From Lama glama (lineage: Eukaryota), in assembly GCA_028534125.1 (NCBI GenBank), contig CM052817.1, positions 99,450,001 through 99,514,000 on the forward strand: a stretch of DNA of 64,000 nucleotides. The letters are read 5' to 3'. The stretch's first letter is position 1, and each line of letters opens with the position of its first letter. Positions 28,016 through 39,600 of the stretch are shown here, in pieces. Position numbers and translations under genes: made by a program. Below the pieces are notes generated by a model, which was not told the origin of the DNA, made no database searches, and saw only the letters and a program-made list of their open reading frames with translations.

Positions 28016-28231
28016 CAGGTTAAAGACAGTTTCTACAATATCCCTATTGGATACTTCTCCAACTTCAACCAACCCAGTCAACACGGCGAATTTCATTCTG
28101 ATGCCCCTGATGGGGAGCCCTGGTTTCAGGGACAAGGCACCCCCTTCAACAGGGGTTTCTTCTTTCCCTCCACCTCCCCCGTCATCACCTGTTGGTGGCG
28201 GGGAAGGGACATTATTGTCTTCACTAGCCAT
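28016..28231 (-). CDS. LRBA: LRBA (LPS-responsive beige-like anchor protein), first coding exon, aa 1-72
   Basis: Translates MASEDNNVPSPPPTGDDGGGGGKEETPVEGGALSLKPGLPIRGIRMKFAVLTGLVEVGEVSNRDIVETVFNL, matching the mammalian LRBA N-terminus. Strong Kozak gcaATGG, in-frame upstream TAA at 28289-28291, phase-0 donor CTG|GTAAGT at 28016/28015. The ORF-track extension to 27818 is intron read-through. Confidence 0.97.
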
Positions 28232-28447
28232 TGCTAGTTCACGAGGACAACTCGGAGTTACTCTGGGACAGCAGTCGCTGCACGAGTATTAAGCACACAG
28301 ACGGAACGCAAAACGAGAAGGGTCACTCTTCCAAGTTGTGGAGAAACCCCAAAAGCAGTTGATGTGGAAAGTCCTTGGCGTCGCCCTCCTCCTCTTGGAG
28401 AATATTTGTCCAATCTCTCTCCCCGAGGCTGACAACAACGCCAAACC
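28232..28447 (-). other. LRBA: LRBA exon 2, 5' UTR portion
   Basis: Acceptor tctaatcttccaatAG|GGTTTGG (AG at 28449-28448) with a TTAAC/CTAAT branch-point-like motif upstream. No upstream ATG in this segment. Resembles the human LRBA 5' UTR as I recall it. Confidence 0.85.
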
Positions 28448-28519
28448 CTATTGGAAGATTAGATCAATGTTAAATCGGCTAGGTTTTGTTTTGGGGTTTG
28501 GGGGGGAAAGAGGGGAGTA

Positions 28520-30010
28520 GCTATTGTCCGTCAAATAAGTTCCTACAGGGACCCCACTATGAGCCACCCGCTTCCCTGCGGCCCGAGGAGCTGGGTTCTG
28601 AGCCAAGGCGGGTTCAAGAGGCCCGGGAACAGGTTCCCTCCTCCCCCACACTCTCGCAGGTTCCAAGCGCAGGGCACGCTCTCCTCACAGGTGCACGGAA
28701 AAGGAACTGTCGCCAGGAAAGGAGGGGTCGGAGGGAAGCGGGGAGCCCCCAAGCTACCCTAAAGATAGAAAGTTCCTCCTCACCCAGACACTCCGGACTC
28801 GTCCTAGCCCCCCGCCTGGCAGCCGCGAGACGGAGGTGGCGGCGGAGATCCAGGGCAGGAAAGGGCGGGGGAAGGGGGCGGTGTTACTCTCAACGCTCGG
28901 CCCAGGGGGAGGAGTGGAGCACCTCCCAGGCACCTGAGGTCCGACGGGCAGAGAAGGGGAGGTGTGTGTGGCGGCCAGAGGGAGGGGAGGCCCTAAGGCA
29001 ACGGCGAGGAGAGGAGGGAGGAGAGAGGTCGGTGCACCTGGTCGTAGCCTTCAAGTTTCCCTAGTCCGCTCCCTGGGAGCCCGCGACTGCACAGAACTCC
29101 ACGGCTTCCTGGCCCGCCCCACGCCTGTGCTCAGCCTTTGCAAAAACAGCCGCTGAGGGTGCTGCGGACGCCGCAGCCGAGGCTGCTGCCGGTGGTGAGG
29201 ATGCTACTGCCACAGCTCGCCCCGCCACGGCTCGCGCGGCTGTCCCTGCGCCCACTACGGCTGCTCCCCGCCGCCATGACAGCGCCGAGGGCTGCCGGGC
29301 GCGGCGTGCGCGTGCGCGAGCGCGAGCGCGAGCGCGCGGGGCGGTGGGGCGGGCGGGCGCGAAGGCGGAGGCGAGCGCGCGGCGGGGAGAGGATGCGCGG
29401 GCGGCCGGAGGGGCGTCGGGCGCGGGCTTGCTGTTCCCACAGCTTGCGAGGACGGAAGGCCAAGCGGGCGTGCTGCACAGGTAGCACCAGGTGTATTCCT
29501 GGCTCACCTCCCACCCCCGGACCTGGGAAGGTGCCTTGGCAAGTGGTGAGGCGGTGATTCTGACGCTCCTTCTGTTGTTAAGTAACCGTAGGGTCTCCTG
29601 GCGCTGAGGGAACCCGCCTCACGTTGCCAGGGTGTCTTCTTGGACTTGGAGAAGGACACCTGAGGGACCGTTACGAGCCCGAGAGGAGGCAGCGCCGGAG
29701 CCAGCGAGGCTGCTTTCCGTGTCTAAAGGGAGCAGAGTCCCCACCCCTGACTGCTTTCAGCTGCTGCCCGCCCGCCGCGCTCGGCGAAGACTCGCAAAGA
29801 GATTTCCACCGGGATGCCCTGACAGCTGCCACCTTCCATTCGAAGTGGGTGTGGGGCGGGGAGATCGTGTGGATGAGGAACCGGGAAGATTCCTTGCTTT
29901 GCAGCTGCGACCCCACCAAACCTCTCCCACATTCTAAGGAAGGGAGGATTCCTGAGACAGCTGCTCCAAACAGCGTGGAGGCGGGGTTAATTTCGCCTGT
30001 AGACCTCTGA
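28520..30010. promoter_or_regulatory. CpG-island, TATA-less promoter of LRBA
   Basis: Very high GC and CpG density against an AT-rich background. GC boxes (GGGCGG) near 29111 and 29347-29357, NRF1-like TGCGCGTGCGC at 29306-29316, ETS-like CGGAAG at 29453-29458. Confidence 0.93.
29038..29300 (-). other. LRBA: LRBA non-coding exon 1 (5' end/TSS approximate)
   Basis: Donor CAG|GTGCAC at 29038/29037 inside the CpG island, giving a 590-nt intron 1 (28448-29037). The TSS cannot be fixed from sequence. Confidence 0.7.
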
Positions 30011-31626
30011 CGGGTGTTTTTCCTCTAGTGCTTTTCCAATGTGAAAGTTAGGTTCGCCTCATTCTCAATTAGTTTACGAGATCCGTTACATTAGGGTTGA
30101 AAGGAGCACAGATCATCATCTGTATCCTTCCCGTCCACTTCCACTATTAACAGTAAAGCATTCTTCCTGATGCATTAGTGAAACACAAACACATATTAAA
30201 GTGGCTTTTCGTCCCTACGGTGTTCTTTAAAGCCATAGGCCTTAAAAATACATACTGTTTAAAATACTTGCAGATAATAAGTAAGTACTATGGAGCCAGA
30301 AGAAAAACTATATTGGTTTCAGAGACAAAGTAGCTTCCTAGAGAAAGGGTTATTTGAGATGGGCTTGGGAAGTGAACTGAATTTTAACTATCACATGGAA
30401 ATCTGGGAGGAGGGAGGCAACATGAGAAAAGACATGAAGCACAGGAGTGTCTTCGTGAGAAAACTTTTAAAAGTTAACACCTTTTTAAAATACGAAAATG
30501 GATTCAACTGTACCACATCTCATGGATGAAGTTGTTTATTAAAGATTTGTTTCCTATATGTGGTTTTAAATATTCCAAAGGTGAGGCAGACGTTTTCTCA
30601 TGATCTGAAATGATGACTTGTGCATAGCCAGGGTAGAGGCAGTATCAACGACTTGCCAAAAATTTAAACACCTCAAGTTTGTATTTTAAATCCTGAAAGG
30701 AGTAAGCCTGGAATAAGGGGAAATGGGTGTGCCAGCTGGAGAGAGACAACTTTCACTTCACCGTTAACACATCTGGAGGGAAAAGGGGAGGCTTTAAACA
30801 ATGAAAGGCTTCTCCTAGCATTTTGCGGCCTGGGATTTGGGCAAATAGTCTAACCTTGAGTATGTTGATATACCTGGCATATAAGTGCTCATAGATATTT
30901 GTTAAATAAATAAAGGTCTCCATTGAGAAGGAGCGGGTGATGATAGAGAAATGCCCTAAACACAGTGTGGTCACAGTCATTCAGTCTAAATGATCTAGGG
31001 CTAAGGTTTGTGTCTCCTGGATTTACAAGCTTGCTGTTAATACTATGCTGGTGAAACAAAAGGAGACATAAGACAATTATCCAACTGTTTTTTACAGTTT
31101 TACAGAATTATTCAACCTCCTGCTTTACCTTGCCTCTGGTTACAGTAAAACAAGTTGGCAAAAATCAGAGGTTCTCTGCAGAAGGAAGCATACGGGGACT
31201 TCAGTTCTAGTCAGGTCACAGTTAAAATACAATAGCTGTGGATTATTGTTTAAGGGTAAAGAATGCAACCATGGAACGCTTCAGGTGAACTATCTGCCCA
31301 TCAACTATTACGCTCCTTTATGGCACAATACTTTGAACTTTGTAGCTACTTGATACGCATTATTTGGATTAAGTTAAAACTCTAAAGTTACTGAGTTTAA
31401 TTTTCTGGCCTGAAAGCCCTTGCTTGAGCCTATACAACTACTACCAGTTAAGGAGAGGTACAAATGGCTACTTCAATATGGAAAGCAGTTCTACCAATTG
31501 TTAAAATTCCTTTATATCTTTGGTACTATTATGGAAGTTTCCTAGTCAAAAGCCTTTTATGAACTATCAGCACATGATTTTAAAGGACGGCCTTACTTGT
31601 ATTCCTGTAGCATATACTCATCTGCA

Positions 31627-31628
<2 letters not shown>

Positions 31629-31664
<36 letters not shown>
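31629..31664. repeat. (AC)18 microsatellite
   Basis: Perfect dinucleotide run ~2 kb upstream of the promoter. Confidence 0.97.
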
Positions 31665-31667
<3 letters not shown>

Positions 31668-32318
31668 GAAAGGAATAGGAAAGAATGGAAAAAAGACGAC
31701 ATTCCATAAAACTAGGCTCAGATTTTCCATCACCATCTAATTTTTATCTCTCTGTGACATCACCATCTTGACAGAATTAAGGACTAAAGGTTTTTATAAT
31801 TTTACTTGCCTTCAGCATACATTGAAATCATAGCAGAGAGAAAAAAAAAACTGGATTCAGAACAGGAAGCCTTGTGCATAACTCAGAAGAACTCAGGCAA
31901 AGAGAATGTAATTTCATGGTCAAATCAAGAAAATTATTGGTCTACAAGCTTTTATCTATATACAAAGAAAAGAAAAATTTGATAACAAAGATAGGATGAA
32001 ATTTTTCTTGTTTCTGCCAGACACCACACCCAATTCACCAACTGTAACTTATTGACATCTTGCTAGGATATAGATTAAGCGATAATTTAGGGAAAAGGTA
32101 CTACCTGTATGATTTGCTATGCAGCTAGATGTGTATCCCTGGATTTGGATTTTTCTTCTCATTGTTATTCAGTGTAGCTTATGATATCTATGCTGGAAAT
32201 TCATGGCCTTGGCTTACAGCACCCTCCTCTTGAGAAAGTCAGACATTGCTTTTACTATTCATTAAATCTTACTAATGATAAGTAAAACTTCCAATCTTAG
32301 TAGCCTTTATTAATGACC

Positions 32319-32407
32319 TTTTTTTTCAAACGGAGCTACTGGGGATTGAACACAGGACCTCATGCATGCTAAGCATGTGATCCACCACTGAGCTATACCC
32401 ACCCCCC
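32319..32407 (-). mobile_element. Vic-1-like SINE
   Basis: ggggattgaacacaggacctcatgcatgctaagcatg...ccactgagctataccc; ATTAATG on both flanks. Confidence 0.9.
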
Positions 32408-32859
32408 ATTAATGGCAATTTTATTGGACATTAGACTCTGGGAACAATTACAATTTAAGAGGAAGAGGCATTGCCTACTCTTATAGTTGGAAACTCCAAA
32501 ATTTAAGATTAAAACTTCATGCAATTGTTCAATATCTAGAAGTTCAAAATAATCCACATCAACTGAATTATATTTGAGGCATTTTTAAATTCTTTTTCCC
32601 TTGTGTATATCACACAAAGGGATAGAGACTTTGAAAATGGCAACTCTACTTTCAGGATGTATGCTAGCCAAGACATACTTTTTTAAGACATAAAATATCA
32701 AGGAAGCATTTAGTTTAGTTAACATGGACATACACTGGATTGGTTGATTTGTCCTTCCTATTTTCCCATCTCTATTTCATTCTTAAGTAATGTGCAAATA
32801 CATAGTCCATTTGCAGTGTTCTTTTAAAATAGTAAAATAATAAGTCATGAGACGGCAAT

Positions 32860-33498
32860 GAAATGTACCACCTCCCCACTCCCCGCTTTGCAGTCTATAT
32901 AAGTGCACATCCCTAGAATGACTATTAGCATTGTCAGCTCAGTTCTGAATTGCTTGTCCAGGTGAGGTCTCTGAGAGGCCAGTGTGTCCCCTGAAAGTGG
33001 TAGGATACCATTTCAGTCATGAAGATAGAAGTGGGCATTCACATAGGAAATTAGACACCAGGAGATTGACTTCAAGCAGCTGGGAGAGGAAATTACTTTT
33101 TCTAGCCCTCACTCTCTGGAGTTTGAACCTTGAATTGCTTGCTAATACTCCAAGAGGAGAAACCTGACTTCTGTCACGTGGAAGCACGCTTATAGCATTC
33201 CTTCTTGGAAGCCAGGTCGCTGTGTGGAGAACAATCAAGGCCCTTCAGTCAACAGCCACAGCTGAGTTCCCAGTTGACAAGCAGCACCAATTGCCTCCAT
33301 GAGAGTGAGCCACCTTGGGTGTTTCAGCTGGGTTGAGCCTTCAGATGAACTACAGCCCTCCCTGCCACATGGTATAGAGTTGCACTGTTGGGTGCAGGTA
33401 ACCCACACAGCAATTGTAAGAGGTAATAAACACTTGTTGATTTAAGCCATGAATTTTGGGATTGTATGTTATATAGCAATAGATAGAAAACTAAAACA
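32860..33498 (+). mobile_element. MaLR LTR (MLT1H-like)
   Basis: agctgagttcccag...gagtgagccaccttgg...ttgtatgttatatagcaatagata terminus. Confidence 0.75.
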
Positions 33499-34126
33499 TC
33501 AGGAAAAACAGGTTGCTTTGGATTACTCTCCCTAATCATATTGCTTTTGTTTCTCCAGAGTATAAGCTTTAAAAAATATTCCAGCCAGGTCACAGCTATA
33601 CTGTAATTTAGAGTCCCCATAATTTGGGCCTGTATGTTAAAGAGGGTGGTGGAAGTGTATTTTGCCAGAGATGCACAAGAAAAGAGGGATTTTGTGTGCT
33701 CACATTTGGGATTACAAAGTTCACAAGAAATTTTCCAGGGAGATTTTCTCTTTGATGCTGAGAAGACTTAGGTTTAATTTTATTAAAGAAAGCACCCATT
33801 TCCTTACAGACACTTCAAATTATTTTCTCTGCTAAGAAACGTACAGCCACCAAGGGAAAGCAAACCTATGTTAAAAATACAGGAATAAAATGTTCAACTC
33901 CACTAATAATCAAAGAAATGTAAACTAAAATTTTAAAAAAGTCAAAGAAATGTAAATTAAAATAGTATTGAGATATCCTTTTTTACCTCTCTCATTGCAA
34001 AGATTTACAGTAACTAGTGTTGGCAAGGGGGAAATGTACACTCTTATTTACTGCAAATATATAACATCGCTGAGAAGCAGTTTAGCAATATACTGCTCTT
34101 CCACACTGAAGAATGTATCCTAAGCT

Positions 34127-34263
34127 GGGGAGGGTATAACTCAGTAGGGTGAGTGCTTAGTGTGCACAAGGTTCTAGGTTCAATCCCCAGTACCTCCAAT
34201 TAACAATAAATAAATAAATAAATAAACCTAATTACCTCCTCCCACCAAAAAAAAAAAAAAAAA
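34127..34263 (+). mobile_element. Vic-1-like SINE inside an old L1 fragment (~33890-34500)
   Basis: ggggagggtataactcag...ggttcaatccccagtacctcc, (TAAA)n, poly(A); TSD 14/17 at 34109-34125 and 34264-34280. Confidence 0.9.
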
Positions 34264-35744
34264 AAGACTATATCATAAGCATCACCAGGTAGCTCAGAGG
34301 CAGAGTTAAAATTGTGTTCATTTTAGTATTATTTATAATTTCCGAATCTTAGAAACAATTTACATGTCTAACACATACCCAAAAAAGGAGTTGGTTAGAT
34401 AAACCATGGTTCTTCCATGCAGTGGGATTCTTCGAAGCCATTAAAAATGGCATTGGAGATAAATAGTTGATAGGCATACAAAATTTTCGTGATATAGTAA
34501 GTCAAGGGACTCTTTACCTTTTTGAATCATGTACCAATGATGAGGTACCAAATAGGACCAAAAATATTTAAAGCAAGAGGAAATTCACTCGTTAATTCAA
34601 ATCATCCCCAAAATATTTATTGAGTGTTCCTATGTAGTAAGCACTGCATTAGATATTTGGGTTAGAAGAGAAAAACCTAGTCCCTGCCTAGTCACTGAGA
34701 CAGACATCACAAAGCAGTATATTAAGCCTATGAAAACCTAGTAGATTTCCAAGAAAAGGTGATACTAGAGCTGAGTATTAAAGAATAAATAGGAACAAGC
34801 CAAATGGAAAAGTCAGGGAAGGTAATTCCATGATATGAACACTTTCCAGAATGGCTGGACATTTTAATCTTAGAAGACAACTGAATCCAACTGTCAATCT
34901 TAAATAATTAGATTTTTCTTCTGGATACAGCTATAGAGCAGTAAACAAACAAACAAAAAGGTTGCTCTAGTAATACATATTGAAAAGCATATCCTACCAT
35001 CTCCTTTTGGATCATACCCTCTTTACAGATACGCTTTGCTTTATATATGAGGAACCTAAGTGTGAGTAACTCTCATCCCATGAAGCTAAATAGTATTGTG
35101 AGTGTTTAAAATGTCATTTTTTTTTATTAGCCCTAAACAAAGAGGGAAATGGAATTGAATGTGTTGTTACACAGCAGGCTGCAGAAGGGAAAATGAATAC
35201 ATCATGATCCATTCTTGGTTTTATTATGAATGAAAATTATGTTAGCTTATCATAACCAAGACAGCATGTCTAAATTATAATTGTTTCAAGCAAATGATGA
35301 GTCTGGGACAGCAGGTAGACTGTTAATAGGAATCTGAACAGAGATGCAGCTACAGAGGCAGAAGTAAACCAAGCTAAGGACTGAATTCTTGCTTTCAGGG
35401 GATTTCAAAGTATAAAGTGATAGGATTTCACTAGCCTCTTAAGAAAGTCACTAGCAGCTACCCAATCCCAGTACATATTTGGGTGGCATCAACCATAGTA
35501 TAGTATTGGTGGAATGCAGTGTTTATCTTACTTTACAATAATTTACATTTATAAAGGTGTACAATTATGCGGGATAATGAGATGATTAACATATTCATTA
35601 CTCAATTTTAGGCCTTTTCCTAGGAATGTTGAGACGCTGAAGATAAAGTAAAAATGTCTTACATTATCTCGCCATAGATAGATACCACACTGTTTTTGTG
35701 GAGCTTGGAAGTTTATAAGCATTATGTAGCTGTCAACCACCCGG

Positions 35745-36870
35745 AAAATGCAAATTGAAACCACAATGAGATATCACCTCACACTTATTGAAATGGCTGT
35801 CATCAAGAAGACAAGAGATAACAAGTGTTGGCAAGGGTGTGGAAAGAAGGGATCCCTGTACACAGTTGGTGGGATGTAAACTGGTTCAGCCACTACAGAA
35901 AACAGCATAAGGGTTCCTCAATAAATTTAAAAATAGAACTATCATATGATCCATCAATTCCACTTCTGAATATATATCCAAAGGAAAGGAAAACAAGATA
36001 TCAAAAATATATCTGCACTCTTATATTTATGGCAGCATTATTCACAACGACCACGATATGGAAAACAACCTTGGTGTCTGTCAATGAATGAATGGATGAA
36101 GATGTGGTATACTTATATAATGGGATGCTCAACCATGAGAAAGGAAATCCTGCCATTTGTGATAACATGCATGGACCGTATGGCATTATGCTAAGTGCAG
36201 TAAGTCAGACAGAGAAAGACACACACTATATTATATTACTTACATATTGAATGTAAAAAAGTGAAACTTGTGAAAACAGAGAGTAGAATGTTGATTACCA
36301 AAGACTGGGGAGTGGGAAAATTAGGGAGATGTTTGAGGGTACAAACCTGCAACTAATTGATAAATAAGTCCTGGAGATCCAATGCACAGCATAGTTATTA
36401 ACTGCTAAGAGACTAGATCTTTTTTTTTAAACTGAAGTACAGTCAGTTACAATGTGTCAATTTCTGGTGTACAGCACAATGTCCCAGTCATGCATAGGCA
36501 AACACATATTCATTTTCATATTCTTTTTCATTAAAGGTTATTACAACATATTGAATATAGTTCCCTATAGAAGAAACTTGATTTTTTAATCTATTTTTAT
36601 ATATAGTGGCTAATACTTGCAAATCTCAAACTCCCAAATTGATCCCTTCCCACCTCCTTTCCCTGATAACCTTAAGATTATTTACTGTGTAAAAGACTAG
36701 ACCTTCATTGTTCCCAACACAAAAAAGAAATGATAATTATGTGATAGAGGTGTTAGCTAACGCTATGGTGGTAATCATACTGCAATATGTAAATTATCAA
36801 GTTAACATGTTGCACACCTTAAACTTACACAATCTTATATATCAATTATATCTCATTAAAAAATAAACAA
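35745..36870 (+). mobile_element. L1MA9-like 3' fragment
   Basis: ORF2 C-terminal motifs (KIELSYDPSIPLLNIYPK) and 3' UTR ending atcaattatatctcattaaaaaa. Confidence 0.92.
36421..36693 (-). mobile_element. Camelid L1 3' end nested antisense in the older L1
   Basis: Poly(T) head; TSD AGACTAGA(T/C)CTT at 36410-36421 and 36694-36705. Confidence 0.9.
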
Positions 36871-37156
36871 AAGCTTCCTGAAGAAGGGAATGCCTTGAGT
36901 CTAGAAGGACAAAGAAGAGTGTGACTTGAGAGAAGGAGAAAAAGGTGCTTAAGCCAAGACAGCACAGTGTGTCAAGACCTAAAGGTGAGAAACAGCATGG
37001 GTTCCAAGGCCTGTGGGACCACACAGGGGAGATGTCCAGTGAATAGCTGCACCTGGAATTGGAGGTAGCAATGTGGCATCATCCACCAGAATGAGCAAGA
37101 TCATCAGGAAGAGTGTGTAAAATCTGAAGAGGAAAACAACTATAGACTACGGGGCT

Positions 37157-37593
37157 TGCAGTAGCAGCAGAATGCCCTGTAAAGATGTCCACATCCGAAT
37201 CCCCGGAACCATGTCAATGTATTAAGTCACATGGAAAAAGGACTTTACCGATGATTAGATTAAAGATCTTGAGATGGGAGATTATCCTGCAGTAAACAGG
37301 TGAGTTCAGTGTCATAACAAAGGTCCCTAGAAGTGAAAGAGGGAGACAGAAAAGGATAGAGTCAGGGAGAGTTTTGAAGATGCTACACTGATGCTTTTGA
37401 AGATAGAGGAAGAGGCCACAGGCCAAGGAATTCAGGCAACCTCTAGAAGCTGGAAAATGTAGCAAAACAGATTTTCACCTGTAGTCTCCAGAACGAATGC
37501 AGCCCTGCCAATACTTTGATTTTAGCCCAGTGAAACCCATTTTGGAATTCTGACCTTTAGAACTATAAATTTGCATTGTTTTAAATCACTAAG
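37157..37593 (+). mobile_element. MLT1D-like MaLR LTR, followed by purine-rich tract to ~37700
   Basis: aaagatgtccacatcc-aatccccggaacc...ttgagatgggagattatcctg...ctctagaagctggaaaa. Confidence 0.9.
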
Positions 37594-39029
37594 AAGAAAG
37601 AAAGAAGGAAAGAAATAAAGAAAGGGAGAGAGGAGGGAGTCGGGGGAGGGAAGAAGGAAAGGAGGAAGGCAGGCAGGCAGGCAGGGAGGGAAAGAAAAAT
37701 ATATTGCCACCTTTTTCATACATGCAGCTAGCCTCAAACATAAAAAATGACATCTTGGAACTATAATTGCCTAATTCTGTGGGTCTTAACATTGGCCATT
37801 CTCTAGAATCACCTGGAATCTTTCCAATGCCCAGGCCAATTAAATCAGAATCTTGAGTATGACCTAGGCATCAATATTTTTTAAAGCTTCCCTGGTAGGG
37901 CCAAGGTTTACAAACACCAAACTAATTTTAATTTAATTTCATAATACTCCTTTGATGACATATGCATAAGTTTAATGTTAATTAAAAATAACCTGTATAA
38001 AGATTTCAAGGTCACTCAGAGTATTGGAAACAAGCTACAATGTCCCTAAATCTAGACAGTATGGACTATATATTTCTATTCCAAAAGCAACAGTCTTTTA
38101 AATCAGAAGGGAGAAGAATCTAGAGTTCTGTGTAAAAACAGACAATTGCTAGATTTCATGTTAAAGACAAGACAGAAATAGTGTCAACTTCAAAATAGTT
38201 TATTTCAAAAGCAAAATGTGGTAAGAAGTTAGCATTTAGGAAAATGTACTTTAATTTCCAGGATCTAAACAAGAGTACTGAAAGTTCTGTGATCAATGGC
38301 TATAGAAGAAATAACTGGGGAAAATTATTTTACTTTGTACAGTAAAATTAGAAAGTCTCTATTCCTCTGCTAAATCCAATTTCTTTTAATGGGAAGTTGT
38401 TAGACAGTTTAACATTTACGTCTTTAAGCTTTAGGGAAAAAAATGAATTTTGCTTATGTCATTTTAAGCAGTTAAGAAAAATCTCACACAGAAAGTAACA
38501 CAAAGCAGTAGTGAGCTAGTTCTAGTTCCATGAGTCATAGCTGTAGAAGCTCAGAAGGCAAAAAAAAACAAAAAACAAAAAACTGAACTGAGGTCTTGGA
38601 AAAATGAGGTAAGATGAACTTAAGCGAAAACAAGTTTGGTAAGCCACCCCCAGGCTATAATACACATTTATGTCAGCCTTCTGTTTTGTTCTTTATAGAC
38701 GGATGAGAATTAAGAATAGAATATAATTTTCCTTTTTTTCAGTGCTCTCTCAACCATTGTTAAGCAAGGTGGTAGAGTACAAAGTGAGCAGAACAACTGA
38801 GCAAATACATTTTGTTGGTTTTTTCTTAGGTTCCCAAATATTTGACTGCTAAGAAACCAAAGTGAATTCACTATTTTTTAGTACTAGTACATTAATTCTG
38901 AATTGTGATAATTCAGTCAAGCTAGGTAAATCTTACCTTTTCAATAGGAAGAATGAAAGAAGACCAGAGCCACGTCTTCTGAGTTTTCAATTCCAAATCC
39001 AGAGATTTGCATGACTGGCTGTGCGTGAA

Positions 39030-39600
39030 GAATGTACAGTGGCCAGGCAAGAGTGAAAGCAAAGAGACTGCTTAGGGTAACACTTAAGTAGCCTAAGCAG
39101 GATGGAGGCTGAAAGGGGAAAGAAAAAGAATCAAGATACGGCTTAAAAATAGAACCGGCAGGATTTGCTGATGCACTGGATGCGTGTGGGTGCAGGTGAG
39201 GAAGAGCCAGCAGTGAAAGATGGCCTGCATTTTGACTTGTGCAATTGGTCAATGTGCTATTCACTGAGGTGGAGGTGACTGGAGTTGGGCTGGGGGAACA
39301 GCTGGCAGTGAAATCAAGGATTTGCTTGGCTCACTTGTTACTAGTGTGGCTCCTGAAGGTATTTTGTTTTTGTTTTTTTTTCCCTCTGAGTAGATGGTGA
39401 AGAGGAGACCCAAGGCCAAAGCTGGGGCTCTTCGAGATGAAAAAGGGAGCTGAAGCAAAGGAGATTGAGAAAGGGGAGGTCAATAAGGTAGACGGAAAAT
39501 AGGAGTCATGGAAGCGAAGGGAGGAAAGCAATTCAAGAAGGAGGAAAATGATCAAAATATGATTGTGCTTACTCATGACCCTGGTTAATATGATATTGGC
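39030..39600 (-). mobile_element. L2 fragment
   Basis: tagaaccggcaggatttgctgatgcactggatg...gtgctattcactgagg. Confidence 0.7.

Noticed and set aside
28486..30010. Multiple overlapping 100-190 aa ORFs in the CpG island
   Set aside because: Expected from stop-codon depletion in GC-rich DNA; most have non-ATG starts and low-complexity Arg/Ala/Pro/Gly content
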